The notes beneath the pieces are model-generated. The model searched no databases. It was not told the origin of the DNA and worked only from the letters and a program-made list of their open reading frames with translations. The translations under genes and the position numbers were made by a program. A stretch of DNA of 64,000 nucleotides from a virus (lineage: Duplodnaviria; Caudoviricetes): IMG/VR virus record IMGVR_UViG_3300032092_000001, one strand, 5' to 3'. Positions 40,055 through 49,670 of this stretch are shown in pieces (position 1 is the first letter of the stretch; each line of letters opens with the position of its first letter).

Positions 40055-42963
40055 TATAACAAAACTCTATACGCCTTTAATGTGTAAGAACCTCCACCAC
40101 AATCAACAATTACATTTATTCCGCCAGTAACCGCCGAGAAATAAATACTGTTAATAATAGCATTAAACCCATCAGTAATTTGAGTTGGACCAACGTCGGA
40201 ATAACTAACGTATGGGGTGGCACCTGAAGTCCAAAGTCCTTGTAGTGTTCCCATTCTTGTTGTTGGGAAATTATTTGCGGTTATTAAATATTGATATGAT
40301 ACACCTCTATATAATTCAGTAGTTCCACTAGGAATAAAATCAATAACCGGATTAAATGAGTTAGATAAATTTGATGTGAATCCTGTAATATAAATTGATA
40401 TACCAGTTGTTGGAGTTACGTTATTCCAAAATACAACGTCATTATTATCAATCATTAAGAATTTTGTTGACGATTGAGTTTGAGCTGACTGTTGTATTCC
40501 TTGAATTCTTAACGGATTAGTTGATGCTGAGATATGTAATTTATTAGTCACACTAGCACCTGTAACACCAATACCAACATTTGTTCCGTTATCAAATATT
40601 TGACTGACAGTTAACGCACTTGTTCCCGACCACTTTGTAACGAAGTTATCAGTACCACCTGTCACAGTTGCACTACCGGTTCCAAATCCCGTAATACCTG
40701 ATAAAATATTACCTGTACCTGAGAACAATAAAGTTCCATTTGAAAATGAACCACCTGTAATTGAGTTGATTGTTCCACCATAAGCAACTGTTACCCCACT
40801 AATATTAGTATAACCACTAATTGTGTTTAACGAGCTCACAGTAAATCCTGTAACATAATTAAACCCTGTTGCTGAGTAAGCTGGTTGTAAATCAGTTCTG
40901 TTAAACGTTACAATACCTGTCGATGGATTATATGTTGACCCTGTAGTATAATAATTTCTATAGTCAACTAAAAATCCGCTAACATTAAAAGTACCTCCTG
41001 AGTTATTTGTAAATGTGGCAACTCCAGTTCCTGAGTCATATGTTCCACCAGTAACCCTCATGTCACTGGATAGTATAGATAAACTTCTAGTATATGATTG
41101 ATTATTATTATCAGTTAAAGTTAAATCATAAGTTCCGGTATTAAATGTAAATGCCGAAATACCTGTTCCTGATAATACATTAAAACCTGTTATAGTCCCT
41201 AATTGGCCAGTACCTGATAAACTTATAGTACCATTAGAGTATGTACCTCCTGTTGCTGCATTATGTGTAAATCCCGTTACAGTAAATGTGCCACCGGTAT
41301 TATTAGTAAATGTTGAGGTACCTGAAGAATAAGTACCTCCTGTAACTCTAATATCTGTTGGTAAATTAAAATAAGTTGTTGCAGATATTGTATTTGCAGT
41401 TAGACCATTTGTAAAATTAGTCGCTCCTGTTACTGTCCCTCCAGTAAATGTTGTTGTGGTATTTAAACCCGTTACTGTAAATGTACCTCCAGTATTGTTT
41501 GTGAAAGTAATTGTGCCTGAAGAGTAGGTACCTCCAGTTACTCTAATATCTGTCGGTAAATTAAAATAAGTTGTTGCAGATATCGTATTTGCAGTTAGAC
41601 CATTTGTAAAATTAGTCGCTCCTGTTACAGTACCTCCGGTAAATTGAGATGGAATACCTGTTACCGTAAATGTGCCTCCCGTATTGTTTGTAAACGTAAT
41701 TGTTCCGTTATTAAATGTACCACCTGTCACTCTAATATCTGTTGGTAAATTAAAATAAGTTGTTGCAGATATTGTATTAGATGTTAAACCATTTGTGAAG
41801 TTTGTTGACCCTGTTACAGTTCCACCTGTAAATGTTGTTGAGATACTAAATCCTGTAATGGATATTGTTTGTCCCGTATTTGTTACAAGACTTAAAGTAC
41901 CATTGGTATAAGAACCTCCTGTCACATAATTAAACCCTGTTGCGGAATATTGAGGTTGGGAACCTACCCCACTAAAATTTATAATACCTGTTAATGGATT
42001 ATATGTTGAACCTGTTGTATAATTGTCAGTAAGTCCTGTAATAGTAACCCCTGAAAGAATGTTTCCACTACCTGAAAATAATAAGGTACCATTTGTGTAA
42101 GAACCTCCAGTAACTGCATTAATTACTCCTCCGTAAGCAACTGACGCCCCACTAATGTTAGTGTACCCACTAATTGTATTTGAAGGGTTTACAGTAAATC
42201 CTGTTACATAGTTAAAACCTGTTGCGGAATATGCTGGTTGTAAATCAGTTCTGTTGAAAGTGATAATTCCAGTTGACTGATTGTAAGTGGAAGCGGTTGT
42301 ATAAAAGTTAGTATAATTAATTAAAAATCCGTTAACATTAAAAGTGCCTCCTGAGTTATTTGTAAATGTGGCAACTCCAGTACCTGAATCATATGTACCA
42401 CCGGTCACTCTCAAGTCGGAAGCTAATATTGATAAATTTCTAGTATACGAGGTATTGTTATTATCGGTTAAAGTCAAATCATAATTTGAATTGTTAAATG
42501 TAAACGCTGAGATACCTGTTCCTGATAGAACATTAAACCCTGTAATATTAGACAAACTCCCACTACCTGATAAAGTTATTGTACCATTACTATATGACCC
42601 ACCTGTAACCGCAACTACTTCCCCAAAATAAGAAGTGAATCCACTATTTGTTGCTCCTGATATACGATTATTAACAACCGTACCACCAGTTAATGTTCCG
42701 TCTCCACCTCCAGCTCTAACCCATTCAGATGTACCATCAGCAAACTCAATATTACCACCTTTATTAGAACAATAGTATATACCATTTTTAGTTTCATCAC
42801 TATCATTATAAACGGTGACAACCATACCGGCATATGGATATGGTAATGTTTCATTATCTGTAAGACCACTAAAATAAGGTATAATGGACCTAGCATCCCA
42901 TGGGCCTGAGGCTAAAACGTCAACGTTAAGTGATATTGTAGTACTTCCTGTTATTCTATTCAT
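40054..42963 (-). CDS. Repetitive Thr/Gly-rich tail fibre protein
   Basis: Many TGG(T/S)Y..GT-TF repeats; C-terminal NVGIG...KLHI fibre motif. Confidence 0.75.
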   Translation of the reverse strand: MNRITGSTTISLNVDVLASGPWDARSIIPYFSGLTDNETLPYPYAGMVVTVYNDSDETKNGIYYCSNKGGNIEFADGTSEWVRAGGGDGTLTGGTVVNNRISGATNSGFTSYFGEVVAVTGGSYSNGTITLSGSGSLSNITGFNVLSGTGISAFTFNNSNYDLTLTDNNNTSYTRNLSILASDLRVTGGTYDSGTGVATFTNNSGGTFNVNGFLINYTNFYTTASTYNQSTGIITFNRTDLQPAYSATGFNYVTGFTVNPSNTISGYTNISGASVAYGGVINAVTGGSYTNGTLLFSGSGNILSGVTITGLTDNYTTGSTYNPLTGIINFSGVGSQPQYSATGFNYVTGGSYTNGTLSLVTNTGQTISITGFSISTTFTGGTVTGSTNFTNGLTSNTISATTYFNLPTDIRVTGGTFNNGTITFTNNTGGTFTVTGIPSQFTGGTVTGATNFTNGLTANTISATTYFNLPTDIRVTGGTYSSGTITFTNNTGGTFTVTGLNTTTTFTGGTVTGATNFTNGLTANTISATTYFNLPTDIRVTGGTYSSGTSTFTNNTGGTFTVTGFTHNAATGGTYSNGTISLSGTGQLGTITGFNVLSGTGISAFTFNTGTYDLTLTDNNNQSYTRSLSILSSDMRVTGGTYDSGTGVATFTNNSGGTFNVSGFLVDYRNYYTTGSTYNPSTGIVTFNRTDLQPAYSATGFNYVTGFTVSSLNTISGYTNISGVTVAYGGTINSITGGSFSNGTLLFSGTGNILSGITGFGTGSATVTGGTDNFVTKWSGTSALTVSQIFDNGTNVGIGVTGASVTNKLHISASTNPLRIQGIQQSAQTQSSTKFLMIDNNDVVFWNNVTPTTGISIYITGFTSNLSNSFNPVIDFIPSGTTELYRGVSYQYLITANNFPTTRMGTLQGLWTSGATPYVSYSDVGPTQITDGFNAIINSIYFSAVTGGINVIVDCGGGSYTLKAYRVLL
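41272..41832 (-). repeat. Three tandem coding repeats (periods 189 and 195 bp) within fibre gene
   Basis: FTGGTVTG(S/A)TNFTNGLT(S/A)NTISATTYFNLPTDIRVTGGT...TFTNNTGGTFTVTG x3; near-identical DNA such as atctgttggtaaattaaaataagttgttgcagatat. Confidence 0.9.
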
Positions 42964-42970
42964 GTCATTA

Positions 42971-44482
42971 TTAGAAAACTAATCTTATTTTTCTAGCCCC
43001 AACATTAATTTGGGAATTATATGTATATCTAGTGTACGATACTGACTCGCCTTGTATAGTATTAGATACTGAACTTTGTGACCAGTAAGGGTCAGTAGTC
43101 CATTGAGTAACTGTTGAAAACTGCTCAATTCTTACCAAAGGTCTATCATTCGTCCATGCGGTCGGGATTTCAAAATATTGTCTACCACTATTATTTTCAC
43201 CCACAGTGAATACGATTTCAACATTATTTGCGGTTATCATTGATTTTAGTGACTGTTTAGTGTTTGTAGTCATTGATACGGTATTTGCAAATAACGGATA
43301 CACTCCTTCAAAACTTAGTGTATTAGTTTTAGTACCTGAATTTGTAAATAATGAGTCATAATATGGTGACCCTGTGTCATATAGTGGAATATCCCCACTG
43401 TCGTACTGAACGCTAACATTAAATGTGTTATATCCTTGGTACGTAATAATAGAAACTGAATCTGTTGATTGTGTCAAGTTACTTGTTGAGAATACTTGGT
43501 CGTCAAATCCTACAGGACCCGTAAAATTATATAGATTTGGTAATCCCATTCTTTTTACAGTTTGTGGAGGAGCAGTTGAGGTCCCTCTATTAAATGTTGC
43601 ATTTAATGTTATATTACCAACAAACCCTATCTCGTATAATGAATTTGCCGCAAAATCTTGACTTGCAGTAAACGGGGAAACTGTACTATATACAATCGTT
43701 GGTTTGTCTGCGGGATAAAAAATGTCATCAATTATCTGTTGCATTGTTTTACCTCCAGTGAATGGATTACTATTGTCAATTATACCCCCAACAGTTCTTT
43801 TAACTGGTTCGTCGTTATAATAAGTCAAAGCTGGTGACATATCAATTGTGACACCTGATGACTGATTATTTGCCGATAATGTCATTGTGATTGCGGTAGT
43901 CGCTCCCGTACCGGCAGTAGTTGTACCACCTGTAATAGTTGAACCTCCCCCATCACCTTGATAGATTATCCATTTTGCATCGTCTTTTGTATACCCACTA
44001 ACCCCCTCAATAGTGGTTGCGGTCCAAGCATTTACAAATGCCACCCCTCCTGTACCTAATTGTGTAACAGAAGTCCCAAATTCAGTCTCAACAATGTCTC
44101 CAGTTAATTGAGCATTGTTCCATAGAGTGTCATAGTCACGTATTCTTAATTGATATGTTAAACTATTTTCATAGACATATACTAACATCCCTAATCTCTG
44201 TCTACCTGTTGATATGTTATCAGAATTTAAGGTAAGAATGTTAGGAACTGTTTGTGGTGTGGGTGAAACATTAAATTGAATTGGTATGGTGTTACCACTA
44301 TCCTGAATTAATCCAGTTGTGTTTGCAGGTATTGTGTAGTATAAATCTTGTAGAGAATATACTTCCATGTATCCCCCTGTCTGTAAAACAGAAAAATTGG
44401 TGCCAAATACTGAAGTTCTTCTTACTGAATTAGAACCGTCTAATTGGGATGATGTTAGTGGATTTTTATAATTTAAACTCAT
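42971..44482 (-). CDS. Virion structural / fibre-associated protein
   Basis: RQRLGMLVYV motif seen in fibre N-termini, TVGGI, beta-rich C-terminus; in the fibre operon. Confidence 0.6.
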   Translation of the reverse strand: MSLNYKNPLTSSQLDGSNSVRRTSVFGTNFSVLQTGGYMEVYSLQDLYYTIPANTTGLIQDSGNTIPIQFNVSPTPQTVPNILTLNSDNISTGRQRLGMLVYVYENSLTYQLRIRDYDTLWNNAQLTGDIVETEFGTSVTQLGTGGVAFVNAWTATTIEGVSGYTKDDAKWIIYQGDGGGSTITGGTTTAGTGATTAITMTLSANNQSSGVTIDMSPALTYYNDEPVKRTVGGIIDNSNPFTGGKTMQQIIDDIFYPADKPTIVYSTVSPFTASQDFAANSLYEIGFVGNITLNATFNRGTSTAPPQTVKRMGLPNLYNFTGPVGFDDQVFSTSNLTQSTDSVSIITYQGYNTFNVSVQYDSGDIPLYDTGSPYYDSLFTNSGTKTNTLSFEGVYPLFANTVSMTTNTKQSLKSMITANNVEIVFTVGENNSGRQYFEIPTAWTNDRPLVRIEQFSTVTQWTTDPYWSQSSVSNTIQGESVSYTRYTYNSQINVGARKIRLVF

Positions 44483-44483
44483 T

Positions 44484-45494
44484 TTATTCTACTGTGTTAC
44501 CTTTAAAATAAATATACTTAACATTATTATTTAAACTAAAATTATGAGCTTGGAAGGTGGTATATAGTGAATATTTACTTGGTGTGAAATTTAAACCTGT
44601 ATAAACTGCCTCATAATTGTATATCGTATTATTCATGTTTTGAACCAATAAATCACCTTCAGATACTGTAGAACCTGTTTTTGCAACATAAGATATTTTG
44701 GTTTGTTTACCGTCATTGATTGAGTCGGTGGGTATTACCCAAGTATACCAAGCAGGCCCTGTAACTGTTCCCACAGGTACTCTTGTTGTTTTAAAATTAT
44801 ACTGTACTATTGGTAATCCGTATTCGTCTACCCCACCACTTTCTTGTGGTATTGATTGTTTAATTACTGATGGTAGGAAATTACCACCATATAATGCAAA
44901 CATTTCCATGTAGTTGATAATGTCAGCGTTACTTTGTGGAGGGATTCCATTTGAAAATCCGTAAAAAGTTGCGTCTTTACTTGTTAAATAATTTGATATG
45001 AATTCTGCAGACCCTAATGGTTCTATAAACAATAACGCTTCTGCGAAAGATTCAGGTAATGCTGGTAGACCTGTTTCATTATTACAACAGGGAGGAGTTA
45101 ATTCGTAATTGTTGATGAATGTATTGTTTTTAAGACTAAAACTCTCAATTATATTGACATATAATTTTTCAGATAATGGTAAAATTAAATCATTAAATGT
45201 ATCAACTAATGATAACTCAACCTCAAATCTACCTATTTTTTCAGTCTCTCTATTTGTAAATTGATAATTAGCATAATAGATGGTTTCATCAGGATTAACA
45301 TCTGATATTTCAGATGTTACATAACATTCTTTTGATGTAACTCTATAAGTTTTAGAAATTGGGTCAAATAATGAAATGTATATTTTGTTAATTTCAGTCA
45401 AATTTTGATTTGCGTTAAAATCAGACCTACCATTTTTAGAAATCTCCACCTGAAATATCGGTAAAGTTGAGTTTTGTTTAATAAACCATTCCAT
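44484..45494 (-). CDS. Virion protein with BppU-like N-terminal domain
   Basis: MEWFIKQNSTLPIFQVEI...YQFTNRETEKIGRFEVE...ILP; paralogous to next ORF. Confidence 0.55.
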   Translation of the reverse strand: MEWFIKQNSTLPIFQVEISKNGRSDFNANQNLTEINKIYISLFDPISKTYRVTSKECYVTSEISDVNPDETIYYANYQFTNRETEKIGRFEVELSLVDTFNDLILPLSEKLYVNIIESFSLKNNTFINNYELTPPCCNNETGLPALPESFAEALLFIEPLGSAEFISNYLTSKDATFYGFSNGIPPQSNADIINYMEMFALYGGNFLPSVIKQSIPQESGGVDEYGLPIVQYNFKTTRVPVGTVTGPAWYTWVIPTDSINDGKQTKISYVAKTGSTVSEGDLLVQNMNNTIYNYEAVYTGLNFTPSKYSLYTTFQAHNFSLNNNVKYIYFKGNTVE

Positions 45495-45496
45495 AA

Positions 45497-45868
45497 TTAA
45501 TTTCTTACGTGACTTTCACCAACTCTTATAAATAGTTTATTCGCAATTGGTAATACTTGAACTCCTGAATCATCTCTGAGAACAAATTCACCTTCATATA
45601 AACCTGGACGATTTGTATTACCTTCCTTAAACTTATAAAAAAGATAATATTCAGGTTTGGTATTGTTTTTATCAACAAATATTTTGTCAGTAAAACCTGC
45701 CTTAGCGTTTAATATCTTATACGCACCTGTATTTACATCTCTCATAGAGAAATAAATTGCAGAATCACCGATTAACGACATGAACTCTTCATAGTCGGCA
45801 ATACCATCCTTAACAACTTGCATTTTTAAAATAGGCAAAGTTGCCCCTTTATTAATAAAAAACTCCAT
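45497..45868 (-). CDS. Small BppU-N-like virion protein
   Basis: MEFFINKGATLPILKMQV...YKFKEGNTNRPGLYEGEF...VLPI; TATTTAT element at 45885. Confidence 0.55.
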   Translation of the reverse strand: MEFFINKGATLPILKMQVVKDGIADYEEFMSLIGDSAIYFSMRDVNTGAYKILNAKAGFTDKIFVDKNNTKPEYYLFYKFKEGNTNRPGLYEGEFVLRDDSGVQVLPIANKLFIRVGESHVRN

Positions 45869-45897
45869 GTAAATGTTTTTTTAGATAAATATCTAAT

Positions 45898-47565
45898 CTA
45901 ACATTCTTTCCTTAAATTACTTGGATAATGCTCAAATCTATCGTGTTCTGTCGGAGTCATTAATAAAATCGCAGGATTAAGTTCTCCTTTAACGGTTTGT
46001 TGAAAATTGTGGGACATTATAGTTTGCTCAAATGGACTTTGGAATCGTGTTTCTAAATAACATTTATAACTACCTCTTTTACTTAGGACTATCGGCCAAT
46101 TACATAAAAATATTTCACCGATGGCATATGGGACTCCCTTATGAATTTTTATTTCGTTAAATTTTGTTCTTGGTGAGTTTTCAGAAATACCTTGTGTCGG
46201 AAGTTTTTTATTGTTCGGCCAATGTTGTTCTCTAAAACTTTGTGGAACATTGTACCAACTCCATTGTGTACTATTATCTCCGTAAAATTCTGTAAAATTT
46301 AATTTTAAGAAATCAAAATTTTCCTTATGTATTATTTCTAAACTTTTTTGATATAATTTTTCAGTGAATCTTGGAAACCCGTTTTTACAGACTTCACCTT
46401 TTTTTGAGTAAAAAAACATATCATCTTCAAAAAACCACATGAAATCTAAATTAGTTTCATCAAAGTGCTCTGCAATAAATTGTCTTCCTCCTGTAATTCC
46501 AATATTATCTTTCTTAATATGCTCAAATCCATATTCTTCACACAACTCCACATACCTTGGTGTTGTTGACAAATCCACTGAATTGTCTAAAAGATATTTT
46601 TTAGGTCTCTCAATAAAGTCGCTATCGTACTCCAACATTGAATTTATTAATGTCTCAAACTGATTAGGACTATTAAAGGTAATAACATACAGAGCAACCT
46701 TACTTAAATCCAAAGGTTCTATCACTTTAACAAATTCAGTTTTTTTATTTAGGTTATCATTTTTTAAATCTTCAAAGAATTTACCAAATAAACCATTTGA
46801 TTCAATTTCAAAATAGTTAATTTTTTCAGGGTACTTATACACCATAATAGAGAATATTGATTCTTCAGTGCCCATAAAACCTTTAGATAAAGTATCATTT
46901 AATAAATGATAATAGTTTGAATTTATTTCACCTATTGTGTCTTTGGGTCCTCCAAAAAATCCACCTCTCGCAACTTTTTTAACATCACTTTCAGCCCATT
47001 CATTTATTATAGGATAAGTAAAACCATGTATTTCATTTTCAGCATCATAAGAAAAACAAACAAATGTAAATTTATCAATATATTTCTCTAACTTATTAAT
47101 AACTTTATCATGAGTGAAATATCCTGGATGAACCGTATTTGTTAATCCAGCATCAATCCAAAATAAATTATCTGAGTTAAATTTGTCTAAAATTCTGGCA
47201 TCATTAAGTAAAAACATTTTAGACATAACCAAAGGGTTATACATTTCTAATTTCGCCTGAGTTGAGTCTTTTAACCACCCTGATTGATTATACCAATTTT
47301 CATTATTTCTAATTAGTTGGATTTTTTCATAAAATTCGTTATTAGTAAACCAAGACTTATCACGAATAATAAACTGAGTATTCTCAGGACTTCTTCTTTC
47401 CCAAACAAATTCTTCAAGTTCTTTTTCTCCAAAAATTATTAAATTTTCACTAACAGTTAACAACTGCTCAAATTTTGATAGGTAGTAATCAAACCCCCTA
47501 TTCCACCCCTCTGTCAAATTACCTCTTCCAATATCCCAAAGACCTGTAACTAATGTTGTACTCAT
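45898..47565 (-). CDS. Two-domain glycosyltransferase: HtrL/YibB(WlaTC)-like N-domain plus GT-A C-domain
   Basis: TTLVTGLWDIGR, LFWIDAGL, GGFFGG, GTEESIF; second half YVITFNSP...LLDNS...FFEDDMF. Confidence 0.75.
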   Translation of the reverse strand: MSTTLVTGLWDIGRGNLTEGWNRGFDYYLSKFEQLLTVSENLIIFGEKELEEFVWERRSPENTQFIIRDKSWFTNNEFYEKIQLIRNNENWYNQSGWLKDSTQAKLEMYNPLVMSKMFLLNDARILDKFNSDNLFWIDAGLTNTVHPGYFTHDKVINKLEKYIDKFTFVCFSYDAENEIHGFTYPIINEWAESDVKKVARGGFFGGPKDTIGEINSNYYHLLNDTLSKGFMGTEESIFSIMVYKYPEKINYFEIESNGLFGKFFEDLKNDNLNKKTEFVKVIEPLDLSKVALYVITFNSPNQFETLINSMLEYDSDFIERPKKYLLDNSVDLSTTPRYVELCEEYGFEHIKKDNIGITGGRQFIAEHFDETNLDFMWFFEDDMFFYSKKGEVCKNGFPRFTEKLYQKSLEIIHKENFDFLKLNFTEFYGDNSTQWSWYNVPQSFREQHWPNNKKLPTQGISENSPRTKFNEIKIHKGVPYAIGEIFLCNWPIVLSKRGSYKCYLETRFQSPFEQTIMSHNFQQTVKGELNPAILLMTPTEHDRFEHYPSNLRKEC

Positions 47566-48158
47566 TCCGTGTCTCTAACTTTATAAATTATGTGGTCCAC
47601 AAACTCACTTTCAAACATTTTACCGATTTCTTCATAAAAATAAACATCTCCAAAAACATCTTCTCTAAAATTAGGTAACTTATGAGTATTAGGAATTACC
47701 CCCATACATTTCCCAACATTACCAATTGTAAAATCTTGTAATTTCCAATTAATATCCCCACCCCATTTATGTTTGAAGATATAAAGTTTATTTGGGTTAT
47801 TTACTGTTTGTTTAATAACTGAAAAGGCATCAGGTGTGTACCTATCATCATCGTCGGCAAACATTAAAAAATTACCTTCCAGATTATTCATGTGTTGATT
47901 TAATAATGGGTGTCCGTATTTCCAAACTCTCTCACCTTCATTTCTAATGTGATTAACTTTAAATTTAAAGTCATATAAATTTAAAACTTCTGAGACGTAA
48001 GAATGATTAATATCTGAGATAATTGTAAAAACATCATTTTCACTTAATTGGTCTTTAAATGATTCTATCAATCTTGGTAATGTGGTTCTACCAATAGAAG
48101 TACAAACTATATTAATACTATACATAACATCTTTCTCTAACGTATTTTGATTCATCAT
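47562..48158 (-). CDS. GT2-like (GT-A) glycosyltransferase; true start may be Met at 48125
   Basis: IVCTSIGRTTL.RLIES, IISD, MFADDDDRY, GDVYFY. Confidence 0.75.
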   Translation of the reverse strand: MMNQNTLEKDVMYSINIVCTSIGRTTLPRLIESFKDQLSENDVFTIISDINHSYVSEVLNLYDFKFKVNHIRNEGERVWKYGHPLLNQHMNNLEGNFLMFADDDDRYTPDAFSVIKQTVNNPNKLYIFKHKWGGDINWKLQDFTIGNVGKCMGVIPNTHKLPNFREDVFGDVYFYEEIGKMFESEFVDHIIYKVRDTE

Positions 48159-48981
48159 AAATGTCTAAAATATCTAAAAATGATTTTTGTAAATCTAACC
48201 AATCACCAAATTCAAATGAGTAGCACTCTTCATTTTTTCTACCTGTAAGTACTGTGAGAACCTCTTGTTCACTAATTAATTGGTTATGGTTTTCAAGATA
48301 GCTTGTGAAAATGTCTAAATATCCATCTAAAACATGTCTAACTTTTTCAGATTGACCACCAAATAGACATCCAGGTACCACCTTTAATTCAACACCAAAC
48401 AAAGATTGAAATCTATCTTTCATTTCATAGTTCATAACTATTGAATTTCCTTTTAGATGAATAAATCCGTATTGACTAATTTTATCAACTACCTTATCTA
48501 AAAAGTTTTTAGAGTTAATTAATGGAGCCATATAATCTCTCCATCCATCATGACATGAGGTACCTATCAATCCAGCATCAATCCAAAATATGTTTTCACA
48601 ATCTAACGACTCATCAATTAAAAACTTTAATTTATTTAATACAACTTCCAAATAGTTGTTTACACAATAAATTCTATCATAGTTCATTCCACCTGAAAGT
48701 TCCTGAGTTCTAATCCTATCAATTAATTCACAACTTTCTGAAGTGTTTAATTCTTTGAATTTAAACTCCACATTTGGGAAATTGAACTCATGTTTTAAAT
48801 TAAATTTATCGTAGGAATTTTGGTCAGTGTAAATTACGTATTGATATTCGGGGAATATGATATTCTTAATTGTTGCAACAAGTAATGGGTAATTTTTATA
48901 CCTTTCACCATTTCTTTCTTGAACATAATTTAATTCGTATATTGAACTAACTATTTTAGTACCATTTGTCATGTTGTGCAT
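48118..48981 (-). CDS. HtrL/YibB-like glycosyltransferase
   Basis: VIYTD, IFWIDAGL, VPGCLFGG, ISEQEVL; parallels N-domain of 45898..47565. Confidence 0.7.
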   Translation of the reverse strand: MHNMTNGTKIVSSIYELNYVQERNGERYKNYPLLVATIKNIIFPEYQYVIYTDQNSYDKFNLKHEFNFPNVEFKFKELNTSESCELIDRIRTQELSGGMNYDRIYCVNNYLEVVLNKLKFLIDESLDCENIFWIDAGLIGTSCHDGWRDYMAPLINSKNFLDKVVDKISQYGFIHLKGNSIVMNYEMKDRFQSLFGVELKVVPGCLFGGQSEKVRHVLDGYLDIFTSYLENHNQLISEQEVLTVLTGRKNEECYSFEFGDWLDLQKSFLDILDIYDESKYVRERCYV

Positions 48982-49666
48982 ATATAATATTTAATGATTT
49001 ATCAGAATTATTTCCGACTTCAATACCATTGATTAGTGAGGAAAAACACATCTCATCTATGTTTCCTGCGGGTATATTTCTTAAAGGTTTGGTTTGTTTA
49101 TAACTAATACACCTATCCCAAGATGATAAAAAATGAGAAAATTTATCCTCATCAATACTAATATATTGAATACAATCTTCAGGCATAAAGTTTAATTTTT
49201 CTTTATCTACTGAAATATTGAAATGTCTTTCGTACTCTAATAATCTATTACCTAGTTCACTATTTGTATTAATTTGTTCTGAAAAATTATACGTGACAGG
49301 TCCTAAAATAGAGTTAGGTTTAAATGAATTAATTATATTTTCTTCGTTAAATAAACCATAGTTAACTCTCATATCCGCGTCAATTAAAATAACGTTTGTA
49401 AACCCTAATTTAAATGCCGCTAAAACAGAATATCTTTTAACTGAGAAGTCAAAATCATAGTAGTTATTTGCGTAATTAGAATACTCAGGGTTAAAATCCT
49501 TTATATTAAATGTTGTAACAAAACATTCATTCTTAATCATTTCAGGGTTATCAGTCATTACGATTAAATTAGCATGAAAATCAGATTTTGAAATGTCCTC
49601 AATAAATCTGTTTACCTGTTCGTAATATCTTTCCCCAAAACAAAAAGTTGCAAAACAAAATTTCAT
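48956..49666 (-). CDS. GT-A fold glycosyltransferase
   Basis: FATFCFGERY, IVMTDNP, VILIDADM (DxD), DEMCFS. Confidence 0.7.
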   Translation of the reverse strand: MKFCFATFCFGERYYEQVNRFIEDISKSDFHANLIVMTDNPEMIKNECFVTTFNIKDFNPEYSNYANNYYDFDFSVKRYSVLAAFKLGFTNVILIDADMRVNYGLFNEENIINSFKPNSILGPVTYNFSEQINTNSELGNRLLEYERHFNISVDKEKLNFMPEDCIQYISIDEDKFSHFLSSWDRCISYKQTKPLRNIPAGNIDEMCFSSLINGIEVGNNSDKSLNIIYAQHDKWY

Positions 49667-49670
49667 AATC

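Noticed and set aside
41272-41832. Near-identical DNA repeats that could be mistaken for a CRISPR array or DGR template/variable repeat
   Set aside because: Periods are multiples of three, in frame inside a fibre gene, with no unique spacers, no cas or reverse transcriptase genes, and no adenine-specific mismatch pattern noticed.
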